DNA from: a bacterium
GTDB lineage: Bacteria; Zhuqueibacterota; Zhuqueibacteria; Oceanimicrobiales; Oceanimicrobiaceae
Length of the DNA stretch: 64,000 nt
Direction of reading: 5' to 3'
NCBI GenBank assembly: GCA_046757165.1
Contig: JBHHXT010000001.1
Coordinates: 32,627-96,626, forward strand
Positions 48,844 through 59,118 of this stretch are shown here, piece after piece. A program made the position numbers and the translations under genes. The notes below the pieces were generated by a model that did no database searches, was not told where the DNA came from, and saw nothing but the letters and a program-made list of their open reading frames with translations. Every line of letters begins with the position of its first letter. Within the stretch, counting starts at the first letter, position 1.

Positions 48844-50141
48844 TTCAACCGGGCATTGAGCGTTCTCCAGAAACTATCGCCGAACGCAGAATCAGGAATC
48901 CACGTGTAGCAATCCGTCTCCGGTCTCTTATCCCTTCGATGCATGAAAACATCCTCTTTCGTTGGCAAGACGGTTTGCAGGAAGCTAATGTGTCGTTCCG
49001 CCTCCTGTCTGAATTCCAGGTCCTGAAATGCCCTCCTGTATTGCTGTCGTGCTAACTCATAAATCAGCTTGTCACTAAAATCCACCGAGCCATTTTTTTT
49101 GTTCACACATATTTCTGCGGACCCCTCGTACGCTTCACCCAGCACGATCCAGCCAAAGCCATACCGCCTGTCGACTCTCAACGCTTTGTTGGCGTACGTT
49201 TTTGCACTCTGAAAGCTCCCCAGCTCCTTATACCCGCGGCTGATCTCTGCCATCATTTTCTTGTTGTCCGGCTGCAGCGCGAGAATCTTCTTGAACTCCT
49301 TGATCGCCGCCTGCGTTTGCTCGAGGTTACGATAGGAATTGGCGATGTACTCGATGGCTGCGACGTCACCGCCGGAGAGAGACAAAAACTCCTTGAACAA
49401 TGCAATGGACTTCTCGTACTCTCCCTCACGGAAGTACAACTCTCCCAGCTCGTAGCGGACCTGGCTGTTTTCCGGATCCTGTTGTCGAATCACTTCTTTC
49501 TTTTCAATGAGACCACTGATGTCACCCGTGCGGCCGATCAGAGCGGCCTGATTGTTTTGAGCCTCGAGGTCATGCGGGTCGATCGCCAGAACACTGTCAT
49601 ATGCAGCAATCGCATCATCATCCCGGTCCGCTTTGGCATAAAGTGCAGCCAGTTGCTTCCAGTCATCTTTGCTCTCCGGTTCCTGCGCAACGACCGTCTC
49701 GTACTCGATGATGGCTTCATCCACTTGTTCTCTTTGTGCTTTCAGAAAACCAATCATCCGGTGCAAGTAGGTATCTTTGGGGTATTTTTCCAGGCCAGAT
49801 TCAAAGACGAGCTGCGCGCTGTCGGGATTTTCTAACTTGAAATAGCTGTCGCCAAGATACCGGTACACTTTCGGAAACTTATCAATGGTGTCCAGCCTGG
49901 CCACCACCCAAAAGTATTTCGCGGCCCGGTCGTACTGCTTGTTTTTGTAATTCTCGTATCCAAAACTCCAATTCTTAGCCAATTCAAACATGTACTTTTT
50001 CTTGTCCAACTTTCCCTCCGCATCCCCGTTTTGAGCATAGGTGTTGGATGCAACGACAATCGTTGCAAAGAACCCCAGCCACAGGAGCGTTCTCATACTG
50101 TCGCGAGAGCGCTTTGCGAGCACACTTGCTTTTGTTTTCAC
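48840..50141 (-). CDS. Secreted tetratricopeptide-repeat protein
   Basis: Signal-like N-terminus followed by multiple TPR-like 34-aa units (..A...Y..AL...P....A..N...). GTG start after a GGAGG SD. The stop overlaps the glyA start by 4 nt. Confidence 0.75.
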   Translation of the reverse strand: MKTKASVLAKRSRDSMRTLLWLGFFATIVVASNTYAQNGDAEGKLDKKKYMFELAKNWSFGYENYKNKQYDRAAKYFWVVARLDTIDKFPKVYRYLGDSYFKLENPDSAQLVFESGLEKYPKDTYLHRMIGFLKAQREQVDEAIIEYETVVAQEPESKDDWKQLAALYAKADRDDDAIAAYDSVLAIDPHDLEAQNNQAALIGRTGDISGLIEKKEVIRQQDPENSQVRYELGELYFREGEYEKSIALFKEFLSLSGGDVAAIEYIANSYRNLEQTQAAIKEFKKILALQPDNKKMMAEISRGYKELGSFQSAKTYANKALRVDRRYGFGWIVLGEAYEGSAEICVNKKNGSVDFSDKLIYELARQQYRRAFQDLEFRQEAERHISFLQTVLPTKEDVFMHRRDKRPETDCYTWIPDSAFGDSFWRTLNARLK

Positions 50142-50276
50142 CGTAGATACCTCCCGGATTATTTAAGTTCTATTTGCAGTGAAAATTGTCAACATGGATT
50201 TCAACGGAAAGGCATTATGTAAGCGTTTAGGATAGTAATATTTTGCCAAAAAAGCAAGCGAATTGTTACATTTACT

Positions 50277-51494
50277 TTATCTGGGACCACCGCGATAAAA
50301 CCAGCGTTCACCTACGGTAGCGCTTGCGGAAAACCGAATCACGTTCTCGCTCACCGGGTTGTCCGATAAGGACCCTCTCCTACCGAATTCCAGCGCAAGG
50401 TCCAGCCGGCCAGCGCTCCACTTGATAGGCAAGCCCAGGCCCACTGAACCAAACATCTCGGTGACGCGTTCGCCAACGGGATCCTCGAGCCCCAAATCCA
50501 TGTAGTACACGCCTGCTCGCAAAGCAGTTCGGCTCCAGTAGGAGCTATTTACTCGGTTTCCCCGACCAGAGAATTCGAATCCCAGGCCAATTCGCCGGCT
50601 ATCATTTGCATAGCCATCAAGATTCGAACCGCTCCACTGTTGGACGTAGTAGTCGGCCGCCAGCAGCAGCTTGCGGTTCAAAAAGAATGAGACACCAAAA
50701 CCATACGCTTGCGGAACGTCGATGTCCTGGTCCTCGAGATCCGAAAACCTTCGAACATTCTCCAGGGTTACAGCTTTGTTTGTGTTCAATGTCACGGCCG
50801 GCGAATAGACGCCACCGATTCGAAAACCCGAAAGAATCTCTACCTGTGCGCCCACACGAATACTTCCTGCCGTGAAGTTCTGAGAAACTTCCTGATGGGT
50901 GTTGAGCAACCCGGATTGGTCCCGGAATAAAACGCGCCAAATGCTGCGCAGGGAACCAAAGTAGAACAAGCCACTAACTCCGATAGAAACACGTCGGAAT
51001 GGTCTCACAGCCATCGTCAAGAACGCCGTATTCACCCCGCCGTCCCCTTGCAAGATTTCTGTAAACGGTTCACCAGCTACGGCCCCCGAAGACTGAAAAG
51101 AGTATTCGATTTCACTAAAGGGAGTCAATCCGAGGGCAAGTGAGATTCTCTCTTTTCTCAGCGGAACATGGAACTGAACGCCGGCAACGTTGGAATTCGT
51201 AATCGCTGCTTTCTGACTCTCGCTAGACAGGTTAGCGGACTCATGCTTGAAATTACCCGAGATAAACGTGACCGGCAAATTAACAAGCGCAGCCGGGTTT
51301 AAGTAGTTGAGCGTCAATTTGTCAGAAACAGCTAAACCCGCGCCACCCATGCCAGCGCTTTGTCCGCTGACAAAATAATGCACCAAACCGATTCCGCGCT
51401 GCGAATAGAACGACTGTGCGCTCGCGAGAGGTACAACGGCAATAATGCTTGCAACGGCCAGCACGGTAGCCTTAAACTCGAGTCTGTTCATCAT
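50277..51494 (-). CDS. Outer-membrane beta-barrel protein, FadL/PorV-PorQ-like
   Basis: Signal peptide ..VVPLASAQS. The motif SGQSAGMGGAGLAVSDKLTLNYLNPAAL resembles the ..GMGG/D.G.A..D.....NPA.L box of PorV/FadL-fold barrels. The rest shows an alternating beta-strand pattern. Confidence 0.5.
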   Translation of the reverse strand: MMNRLEFKATVLAVASIIAVVPLASAQSFYSQRGIGLVHYFVSGQSAGMGGAGLAVSDKLTLNYLNPAALVNLPVTFISGNFKHESANLSSESQKAAITNSNVAGVQFHVPLRKERISLALGLTPFSEIEYSFQSSGAVAGEPFTEILQGDGGVNTAFLTMAVRPFRRVSIGVSGLFYFGSLRSIWRVLFRDQSGLLNTHQEVSQNFTAGSIRVGAQVEILSGFRIGGVYSPAVTLNTNKAVTLENVRRFSDLEDQDIDVPQAYGFGVSFFLNRKLLLAADYYVQQWSGSNLDGYANDSRRIGLGFEFSGRGNRVNSSYWSRTALRAGVYYMDLGLEDPVGERVTEMFGSVGLGLPIKWSAGRLDLALEFGRRGSLSDNPVSENVIRFSASATVGERWFYRGGPR

Positions 51495-51511
51495 TATCCT
51501 TCAGAATCCTA

Positions 51512-52741
51512 TCAATTAGGGGCGGACGAAAACCGCACTTCGAGCCGAGGCGCCAAATCCGGATCCGTTTGACTGGAGTGAAAAGCCAAACGCGTAATAT
51601 CGCTGCCCGGACTTGTGGTTCTCAACAAAATACCATGATTTTCAACATCTTCAGTTACCCAGAATTGCACCAGGTTTGTGATCGTGATCTCGAGGGTGGT
51701 TGTCTGAGGGTTAGCGACAGCCGAGGTCAGGAACCCATCCGTTGCGATTTTCACTTCGCTTTCTGGCGTGAAGGGCTCCTCCAACGTATTGACTAAAAAC
51801 GCGAACCCGCTGTTTTTGACGTTAGTGTTGCTCTGTATGACGTCTAATTTCAGCCTGGCCAGGTTTATGGTGGATTCTCTTGGAATCATAGAAAGGTCAA
51901 ATTTGACGAAACTCTGATGCCCGAAGATGTTGTCGACATAAAGGGGGCCCTCGGGTAGCGGGATCAGGCGATTGACAATATACGCATCAGCATCCGCGAC
52001 TGAGACGATAGTCGTGTCGCCGCCCGCGCCACTGTCAGAGACCGCCAACTCTAGCCTTGGCTGAGTGATATTTCCATCCTGAGAGAAAAACTCCTTGATG
52101 AACCCACTGCTTTCAAAATCGATCAAAATCCCCAGCGTGTCGCTGCCCGCGGCCCAATCCCGCACAAGATTCTTGCCCTCCTCGCCAAACTCAAATCGAA
52201 TGCTTTCGAAAAGAGAATCCACCGTGCCCACGCCCAGCGCAGTGGTAAAGATTTCGGCTTCAGCGATCGGCGTCGGGTCGAACGCATTGCCAAACTCCTC
52301 GTACGTGACACTCTTCTCATCCCAGGGGGCTGTCACCCGGTGAACAGTTGCCTGGAACGAAAATTTCTCGCTGCCATCTGCATAAAACGTGTTGGTATTC
52401 AAGACAAGCTTGGCCCCTTGAATGACAACTGAATCCGGAACAGAGTTGAATCTCAACAGAATCCGGGTCTCCAGGTCATCAAATTGGCCGAGCTCGAGAA
52501 AGAGACCGCTGCCTGTTGCGACAAGCGTGTCCTGCATGGTCTCCTCGCCAAGCAAGGTTGTGATGGTCGTGCTGTCAACCACTCCTCTGTCCGCTGGATT
52601 CGAAAGCAAATCAAACCCATCTATCGGGTCATCTTGCTCGCAGCCTACAAAAGACCACGCTGACAACATGACCGTTATCAATAAGCTCGTTCTTGTTACC
52701 CTGGACATCAACGATGTGATTCCTCTATTTAACAACCCCAT
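51512..52741 (-). CDS. Lipoprotein with two DNRLRE/CBM96-like domains
   Basis: Lipobox-like ..WSFVGCEQDD. First domain ..TRILLRFNSVP..VIQGAKLVLN...VHRVTAPWDEKSVTY. Second domain ..FVKFDLSMIP..TINLARLKLDV... Same module type as in the giant protein. Confidence 0.55.
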   Translation of the reverse strand: MGLLNRGITSLMSRVTRTSLLITVMLSAWSFVGCEQDDPIDGFDLLSNPADRGVVDSTTITTLLGEETMQDTLVATGSGLFLELGQFDDLETRILLRFNSVPDSVVIQGAKLVLNTNTFYADGSEKFSFQATVHRVTAPWDEKSVTYEEFGNAFDPTPIAEAEIFTTALGVGTVDSLFESIRFEFGEEGKNLVRDWAAGSDTLGILIDFESSGFIKEFFSQDGNITQPRLELAVSDSGAGGDTTIVSVADADAYIVNRLIPLPEGPLYVDNIFGHQSFVKFDLSMIPRESTINLARLKLDVIQSNTNVKNSGFAFLVNTLEEPFTPESEVKIATDGFLTSAVANPQTTTLEITITNLVQFWVTEDVENHGILLRTTSPGSDITRLAFHSSQTDPDLAPRLEVRFSSAPN

Positions 52742-52742
52742 T

Positions 52743-54002
52743 TCAATGATTTATGATGACACCTGACTTGACCACTGTATGGACCAAGTTCACGCCAAAG
52801 TGGTATGGAATGTGTTTATGATTGGGAATGTCCCAGGTCACCAAATCAGCCTTCTTTCCTACTTCCAGAGTTCCTAATAAGTTCCCACGGTCAAGCGCTA
52901 GCGCGGCGTGATAGGTTGCAGCCGTGAGGCCCTCAGCCGCCGTCAGACCCATGGCCAGGCTGGCAAGATTCAGCATCAACGGCATCGATTCGGTCATACA
53001 TGAGCCCGGATTCAGGTCGGTTGCAACAGCCACTGGTAAACCGAGCTCCAGCATGGCCCGGGCATTCGCATACGTGCGCTTGCGGAGAAAATAAACAGCG
53101 CCAGGCAAAACTACCGGAACCACTTCGTTTTCAAGCATCTTTAGCCAATCCTCTTTGACCGCATAGTCCAGATGGTCTGCTGACGTGGCACCCAGCTCGG
53201 CGGCCAGACACGTTCCTCCGATTCGCGAAAGCTGCTCAGCATGAATCTTGAGCTTTAGCCCGCGTTTACGAGCCGCTTCCAGGATCGTTCTGGACTCCGC
53301 GACGGAAAACACATGGGATTCACAAAAAATGTCACAAAACTCCGCAAGTTGCCGGTCTTGCACCAGAGGCAACATTTCCTTGACCACCAATTCGACATAC
53401 CCATTTTTGTCGTTGCGGTATGCATCCGGAACCTCGTGGGCACCCAGGAAGGTGGGGACAAGATCGATAGGATGCGCCTGATGGAGCTCCGCGATAACCT
53501 CCAACATTTTGATCTCGTCTTCGACCGAGAGACCGTAACCACTCTTGGCCTCGATCGTCGTCGTTCCAAGAGAAAGAAATCTATCCAAACGGGGCCATGC
53601 TTGCGCCACCAATTCATCTTTCGAAGCCTTTCTCAAACTCCGGACGCTCGAGTGAATGCCGCCGCCGGCCAGGGTAATTTCCTCATAGCTCTTTCCCAAA
53701 GCCCGCATCTCGAACTCGTCTTCGCGCGTGCCATTGAAGATAGGATGCGTATGACAATCGACGAACCCTGGAGTCACCGTTTTGCCGCAGGCATCGAGAA
53801 CAGTGGCATTTCCACGAAGATCGAGCTGTGTTTCAACCTCCCTGGTTTCACCAACGGCGACAATTCGACCCTGCAGCGCTGCCACGGCGCCACCGGTGAT
53901 GGTAGCAAATGGAGCAGGAGAAAAAGATGGGGGCGCAAGCGGCGTCGCGACTTCAGCAGCGTTTTTGACCAGCAGATCGGCTTCGAGACGTTGCAAATTC
54001 AC
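52743..54002 (-). CDS. hutI: Imidazolonepropionase
   Basis: GFVDCHTHP and an amidohydrolase fold. Overlaps the hutU stop by 4 nt. Confidence 0.93.
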   Translation of the reverse strand: MNLQRLEADLLVKNAAEVATPLAPPSFSPAPFATITGGAVAALQGRIVAVGETREVETQLDLRGNATVLDACGKTVTPGFVDCHTHPIFNGTREDEFEMRALGKSYEEITLAGGGIHSSVRSLRKASKDELVAQAWPRLDRFLSLGTTTIEAKSGYGLSVEDEIKMLEVIAELHQAHPIDLVPTFLGAHEVPDAYRNDKNGYVELVVKEMLPLVQDRQLAEFCDIFCESHVFSVAESRTILEAARKRGLKLKIHAEQLSRIGGTCLAAELGATSADHLDYAVKEDWLKMLENEVVPVVLPGAVYFLRKRTYANARAMLELGLPVAVATDLNPGSCMTESMPLMLNLASLAMGLTAAEGLTAATYHAALALDRGNLLGTLEVGKKADLVTWDIPNHKHIPYHFGVNLVHTVVKSGVIINH

Positions 54003-55666
54003 TCCTTTTCTTTCATCATGGGCAGGGTGACGCCCTTGTGGCGAGCGGTGCGGATGGCCTCATCATAGCCAGCGTCAGCATGTCTGGCGATACCACTGCC
54101 GGGGTCATTCGTCAAGACCCGTTCAAGCCGGAGCGCTGCCTCTGCTGTACCGTCCGCCACAATCACCTGTCCGGCGTGGATGGAGTTCCCGATACCGACG
54201 CCGCCGCCATGATGCACTGAGACCCAGGTCGCGCCAGATGCTGTGTTCAATAAAGCGTTCAGAATCGGCCAATCCGCGATGGCATCGGAGCCGTCTCGCA
54301 TTCCTTCCGTTTCCCGGTTTGGCGAGGCCACCGAGCCAGTGTCGAGGTGGTCTCGTCCGATCACGATTGGCGCTTTGATTTCACCGCTGGCGACGAGGTC
54401 ATTGATTGCTAATCCAAACCTGGCCCGCTCGCCAAAGCCGAGCCAGCAGATTCGCGAGGGCAGCCCCTGAAACGGCACGCTTTCTCGCGCCAGTTTTATC
54501 CACCGGCTCAGGGCTTCATCTTCCGGAAAAAGCTCGAGCACGACCTCTTCTGTTTTGTAAATATCCTCCTTCTCGCCGGAGAGCGCGGCCCAGCGAAACG
54601 GTCCTTTCCCCTGGCAGAAAAGCGGACGGATGTAGGCCGGGACAAAGCCGGGAAAGTCAAAGGCATTCTCGAGCCCTGCCTTCTGAGCCTGGCCTCTCAG
54701 ATTGTTGCCATAATCAAACGTAACCGCACCCATCTCTTGCAGAGTCAGCATGGCCTGAACATGAGTCACCATCGACTCATAACTTCTCTTGATATACTCC
54801 TCGCGGTCGGAGCGCCGCAGGCGCAGAATCTGCTCGTAGGGTAGACCGGCGGGAACATAGCCATTCAGCTCATCATGTGCCGAAGTCTGATCCGTAAGAA
54901 GGTCTGGCACAATTCCGCGACTCACCAACTCCGGCAAGACTTCGGCGCAGTTGCCGATGAGCCCGACCGAAACGGCCTCCCCCTGCTTTCTCGCCTCGAG
55001 AACAACGTCGAGCGCCTGGTCCAGATCGTGCGTCATCTGGTCGCAGTAGCCGGTCTTCACTCTTCTCCTGATACGCGCCTCATCCACCTCCACCCCCAGA
55101 AACGTTCCGCCGTTGATGGTGGCGGCTAACGGTTGCGCCCCCCCCATCCCCCCTAAACCACCGGAGACGACCAGCTTTCCCCTGAGGCTGCCGTCAAAGT
55201 GTTTCCTGGCAGCAGCAGCAAATGTCTCGTAGGTTCCCTGCAGAATGCCCTGGCTCCCGATATAGATCCAGCTCCCGGCCGTCATCTGACCATACATGAT
55301 CAGGCCTCGGTCTTCCAGATCACGAAATTTCTCAGAAGTCGCCCAGGCTGGCACCATCAGTGAATTGGCAATCAAAACGCGCGGTGAATAAGTGTGCGTC
55401 CTGAATACGGCGACGGCTTTACCCGATTGAATCAGTAGTGTCTCGTCGTTGTCCAGATGTTTCAACGTCTCGACGATTCGGTGGTAGCACTGCCAGTTGC
55501 GCGCCGCCTTGCCGGTCCCTCCATAAATGATCAGGCGGCCGGGATCCTCGGCAACCTCCGGATCCAGGTTGTTCATCAGCATCCTCATGGCCGCTTCCTG
55601 ACCCCATCCCTTGCAGGTCAGCTTCGACCCTCTTGGTGCTCTAATCGGTTTGCTCTCAGGTTTCAT
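53999..55666 (-). CDS. hutU: Urocanate hydratase
   Basis: 555 aa with [13 protein letters not shown] (NAD-binding) and typical urocanase N- and C-termini. Confidence 0.96.
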   Translation of the reverse strand: MKPESKPIRAPRGSKLTCKGWGQEAAMRMLMNNLDPEVAEDPGRLIIYGGTGKAARNWQCYHRIVETLKHLDNDETLLIQSGKAVAVFRTHTYSPRVLIANSLMVPAWATSEKFRDLEDRGLIMYGQMTAGSWIYIGSQGILQGTYETFAAAARKHFDGSLRGKLVVSGGLGGMGGAQPLAATINGGTFLGVEVDEARIRRRVKTGYCDQMTHDLDQALDVVLEARKQGEAVSVGLIGNCAEVLPELVSRGIVPDLLTDQTSAHDELNGYVPAGLPYEQILRLRRSDREEYIKRSYESMVTHVQAMLTLQEMGAVTFDYGNNLRGQAQKAGLENAFDFPGFVPAYIRPLFCQGKGPFRWAALSGEKEDIYKTEEVVLELFPEDEALSRWIKLARESVPFQGLPSRICWLGFGERARFGLAINDLVASGEIKAPIVIGRDHLDTGSVASPNRETEGMRDGSDAIADWPILNALLNTASGATWVSVHHGGGVGIGNSIHAGQVIVADGTAEAALRLERVLTNDPGSGIARHADAGYDEAIRTARHKGVTLPMMKEKE

Positions 55667-55714
55667 TTTGACCTCGAAAACAATCTATGCGTGAAATCGC
55701 CACCGCGAGAGAAA

Positions 55715-55750
55715 CAAAAAAAGCCGACTGTTGAAATGTTTACAATCGGC
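55715..55750 (-). terminator. Rho-independent terminator after rplQ
   Basis: The minus strand reads GCCGATTGTA..TACAGTCGGC-type hairpin (55723-55750) followed by T7-8, 38 nt after the rplQ stop. Confidence 0.7.
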
Positions 55751-55788
55751 CAATCAAAGTCAAACGCAAAACAGAACATATGCCCAAC

Positions 55789-56253
55789 CTACTGTTCGGT
55801 TTCTGTCCCCTTCTCCTTCTCTTTTTCCTTCTCCTTTTTCTTTTCCCTGGCACTCTTTTGCTCTTCCTTGGACCGTTGCTTTTCGAGCAGAACGCCTTCA
55901 TATCCAACAAGCTCGAGCAAGGCCACCTCAGCGCCGTCCCCCCTGCGCCGACCAAGTCGAACGACTCGTGTATAGCCGCCATTTCTATCTTGATAGGTGG
56001 GCGCAATGTCCTCAAACAAGGTTCTCACGACTCGCTTGTTGCGCACCGTGCGCAACACTTGCCGGCGGTCAGCAAGGGTTCCTCGCTTGGCAAATGTAAT
56101 CAATCTTTCGACAAACCGTCTGATTTCCTTTGCCTTCACCGTCGTCGTTTTGATTTGCTTGTGCTCAAACAAGGCAGTTGCCACATTAGAAATGAGGGCC
56201 TTTCTATGACTGGCAGTTCTGCCAAGTTTCTTATTAACTTTCCTGTGGCGCAT
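55789..56253 (-). CDS. rplQ: 50S ribosomal protein L17 with K/E-rich C-terminal tail
   Basis: MRHRKVNKKLGRTASHRKAL. Tail ..EKQRSKEEQKSAREKKKEKEKEKEKGTETEQ. Confidence 0.96.
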   Translation of the reverse strand: MRHRKVNKKLGRTASHRKALISNVATALFEHKQIKTTTVKAKEIRRFVERLITFAKRGTLADRRQVLRTVRNKRVVRTLFEDIAPTYQDRNGGYTRVVRLGRRRGDGAEVALLELVGYEGVLLEKQRSKEEQKSAREKKKEKEKEKEKGTETEQ

Positions 56254-56265
56254 TCTCTTGTTCCT

Positions 56266-57252
56266 CTATTCTGTATCGCCCTTGAGATACTTGTCCGTAT
56301 CCAATCCGAACCGCAACCCCTTTTCCTCGAGAATCTTTGTCAACTCCTGAAGCGACTTTCGCCCGAAATTACGGAATTTGAGCATTTCCTGCTCGTCGCG
56401 CTTCACCAGGTCGCCTATCGTTTTGATGTTGGCGGCCATCAGGCAGTTATAGGATCGGACGGACAACTCCAGCTCATCTACGGGCATCTTCAGCAGTTTG
56501 CGAACCTGCAGAATCTCTTCATCTACTTCCACCGGCTCCTCTTCCTCGGGCTCGATGTCGAAGTTGATAAAGAGCTGAATGTGGTCTTTCAAGATTTTTG
56601 CGGCGTAGGTCAGCGCGTCATCTGGCGTCACGCTGCCATCTGTCTCAACGATGAGGGTCAGCTTCTCATAGTCGGTGCGGTGTCCCAGGCGAGTATTCTC
56701 GACCTGGTACGTTACCTTCTTGATGGGAGTGAAAATGGCGTCGATGGGTACGGCCCCTATCGGCTGGTCTGCCATCTTGTTCTCCTCGGCGGGAACGTAA
56801 CCGTGTCCGCGAGAAATCTTCAGCTCGATGTCAAACTTCGCGTCCTCATTCAAGGTTGCAATGTGTCTGTCAGGATTGAGTACCTCGAATTCGGTGGTTC
56901 CGTTCTGGATATCCCCCGCCTTGAACTCACCTGGGCCTTTCAAGCCAACCACGATCTTGTCTGGCCGTTTGCTCAATAGCTTGAATCTGACTTCTTTGAG
57001 ATTCAGAATCATGTCCGAGACATCTTCAACAACGCCAGGTATGGTGGAGAACTCATGCAGCACGCCATCTACCCGGATCATTGAAATGGCTGCGCCCGGC
57101 AAAGAGGATAGCAAGATTCTTCTTAGAGAATTGCCGATGGTCACGCCGAATCCTCTTTCCAGCGGCTGTAACACAAATTTCCCGTAGGTGTTGGAATAAC
57201 TTTTTTCATCAATTTCAATACTATCTGGCATTTGAAGGTTGGGCCAATTCAT
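56266..57252 (-). CDS. rpoA: DNA-directed RNA polymerase alpha subunit
   Basis: GNSLRRILLSS.PGAA; C-terminal domain ..LELSVRSYNCL....I.TIGDL. Confidence 0.97.
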   Translation of the reverse strand: MNWPNLQMPDSIEIDEKSYSNTYGKFVLQPLERGFGVTIGNSLRRILLSSLPGAAISMIRVDGVLHEFSTIPGVVEDVSDMILNLKEVRFKLLSKRPDKIVVGLKGPGEFKAGDIQNGTTEFEVLNPDRHIATLNEDAKFDIELKISRGHGYVPAEENKMADQPIGAVPIDAIFTPIKKVTYQVENTRLGHRTDYEKLTLIVETDGSVTPDDALTYAAKILKDHIQLFINFDIEPEEEEPVEVDEEILQVRKLLKMPVDELELSVRSYNCLMAANIKTIGDLVKRDEQEMLKFRNFGRKSLQELTKILEEKGLRFGLDTDKYLKGDTE

Positions 57253-57285
57253 ACCTAAAACTCTCCGTGGAATCTAAATGAATCC

Positions 57286-57915
57286 TTACTTGGAATATAA
57301 TTCTACGATCAAAGACTCGTTGACTTCGAGCGGGATATCTGCTCGGCTCGGATTGCCCAACAGGGTACCTTTCATTCCCGCTTTGTCCAAATCCAGCCAC
57401 GCCAATAGTTTTCCTTCACGAATCTTCTTCATGGAATTGTGAATGATTGCAAGTTTTTTGCTTTTGTCTTTTACCTTGATCACGTCGCCCGGCTTAACGA
57501 CATAAGACGGGATATTCACCAATCTGTCGTTGACCAGGAAATGCCGATGCAGCACAAGCTGCCGGGCGGTGCGACGAGAAGGGGCAAACCCCAGACGATA
57601 AACCACATTGTCCAACCGCCTTTCAAGCAACTGCAACAGCACCTCGCTGGTGATTCCCTTGGCGCGATCTGCTTTCACAAAATAATTTCTGAACTGCGTC
57701 TCCAACAGACCATACATCCGTCTGACTTTTTGCTTCTCACGCAGTTGAACCAGGTACTCGGACGGTTTGAAACGACGTCTTGTTCCATGCTGTCCGGGAG
57801 GATAGGATTTTCTTTCCAGCGGACACTTTGGCGTATTGCATTTTGAACCTTTCAAGAACAGCTTTTGCTCTTCTCTTCGACAAAGCCTGCATACTGGACC
57901 AGTATATCTAGCCAT
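57286..57915 (-). CDS. rpsD: 30S ribosomal protein S4
   Basis: [23 protein letters not shown]. Confidence 0.97.
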   Translation of the reverse strand: MARYTGPVCRLCRREEQKLFLKGSKCNTPKCPLERKSYPPGQHGTRRRFKPSEYLVQLREKQKVRRMYGLLETQFRNYFVKADRAKGITSEVLLQLLERRLDNVVYRLGFAPSRRTARQLVLHRHFLVNDRLVNIPSYVVKPGDVIKVKDKSKKLAIIHNSMKKIREGKLLAWLDLDKAGMKGTLLGNPSRADIPLEVNESLIVELYSK

Positions 57916-57936
57916 TTGGAATAATACTCCTCTTAA

Positions 57937-58326
57937 TTAGACTCTTCTCCGCTTCGGTGGCCTGCAGCCATTATGCGGAATAGGCGTAACATCCTTAATG
58001 GCTGTGATCTCCAGGCCCGCTGCTTGTAGGGAGCGAACAGCAGATTCTCGTCCGGAGCCAGGTCCTCTTATCAAGACCTCAACACGCTTCAGGCCGAGCT
58101 CCATCGCTTCCTTGGCGGCTGTCTCAGCAGAAAGCTGGGCGGCAAACGGAGTACTCTTTCTGGAGCCCTTGAACCCAATCTTGCCTGCAGAGGCCCAGGA
58201 AATAACATTACCATATTGGTCGGTCAAAGTGACAATGGTATTGTTGAACGTTGCTTTGATATGAGCAACCCCATTGGCTTCAACCTTCTCTTTTTTCTTT
58301 GATTTTGATCTTTTTGAAGGTGCCAT
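57937..58326 (-). CDS. rpsK: 30S ribosomal protein S11
   Basis: [20 protein letters not shown]...[18 protein letters not shown]. Confidence 0.97.
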   Translation of the reverse strand: MAPSKRSKSKKKEKVEANGVAHIKATFNNTIVTLTDQYGNVISWASAGKIGFKGSRKSTPFAAQLSAETAAKEAMELGLKRVEVLIRGPGSGRESAVRSLQAAGLEITAIKDVTPIPHNGCRPPKRRRV

Positions 58327-58362
58327 GAACCTATATCCTCCTCGAGGTAATGACCCGGCGTA

Positions 58363-58731
58363 TCATCTGCGACGTCCACCCACAGCAGGCCTTCTGCCAC
58401 GTCGTGTGCGTGCATTGGTGTGCGTCCGCTGGCCTCTCACAGGCAACCCTTTGCGGTGTCGCAGGCCGCGAAAACACCCGATGTCTTTGAGCCGCTTGAT
58501 GTTCATCGAAACCTCGGTGCGTAGCGCGCCCTCGACTTTGTAGTCCTGAGTAATGATTGCTCTGATCTTGGCAACGTCGTCATTGGACAGATCCTTCACA
58601 CGAATTTCCTCGCCGACTCCGGCCTGAGCGAGAATATTTTTGGAGCTCGACAATCCAATGCCAAAAATATAGGTCAAGCCAATCACGACGTGCTTATCCT
58701 TGGGTAAATCAACTCCCGCTATTCTAGCCAA
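58363..58731 (-). CDS. rpsM: 30S ribosomal protein S13
   Basis: (M)ARIAGVDLP... I chose TTG 58729-58731 because GGAGG lies 6 nt upstream and this restores the canonical N-terminus. The ORF-track ATG at 58746 adds 5 aa. Confidence 0.93.
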   Translation of the reverse strand: MARIAGVDLPKDKHVVIGLTYIFGIGLSSSKNILAQAGVGEEIRVKDLSNDDVAKIRAIITQDYKVEGALRTEVSMNIKRLKDIGCFRGLRHRKGLPVRGQRTHTNARTRRGRRPAVGGRRR

Positions 58732-58774
58732 AACAAACCTCCACACATATTCAGAATTCTGGTTGCAGATGAAC

Positions 58775-58888
58775 TTACCCCTGGCGTTGCTTGTGCCGGG
58801 GGTTCTTACATATCACCATCACTCTGCCTTTTCGACGAATGATCTTGCAACTATCGCAGATGCGTTTTAGAGACGAACGAACTTTCAT
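58775..58888 (-). CDS. rpmJ: 50S ribosomal protein L36
   Basis: Too short for the ORF track. My translation is [37 protein letters not shown], 37 aa with the CxxC...C...H zinc motif. It sits in the expected infA-rpmJ-rpsM position. Confidence 0.93.
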   Translation of the reverse strand: MKVRSSLKRICDSCKIIRRKGRVMVICKNPRHKQRQG

Positions 58889-58895
58889 GACGTCC

Positions 58896-59114
58896 TCATT
58901 TATAACGATAAGTAATTCTGCCTCGGCTCAGATCATATGGCGAAAGCTCGAGTGTCACCTTGTCGCCTGGCAGAATCTTGATAAAGTGCATCCTCATTTT
59001 GCCTGAAATATGCGCAAGGACCTTGTGCCCATTTTCCAATTCGACCCGAAATGTTGCGTTGGGCAATGTCTCGAGGATTGTACCGTCGACCTTTATCGGA
59101 GCTTCTTTCGCCAT
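58896..59114 (-). CDS. infA: Translation initiation factor IF-1
   Basis: [40 protein letters not shown]...I.ILPGD.V. Confidence 0.97.
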   Translation of the reverse strand: MAKEAPIKVDGTILETLPNATFRVELENGHKVLAHISGKMRMHFIKILPGDKVTLELSPYDLSRGRITYRYK

Positions 59115-59118
59115 AGGA

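Noticed and set aside
55688-55702. A sigma54-like TGGCGATTTCACGCA upstream of hutU.
   Set aside because: The GG-to-GC spacing is N9 instead of the strictly conserved N10. It is kept only as a remark in the hutU finding.
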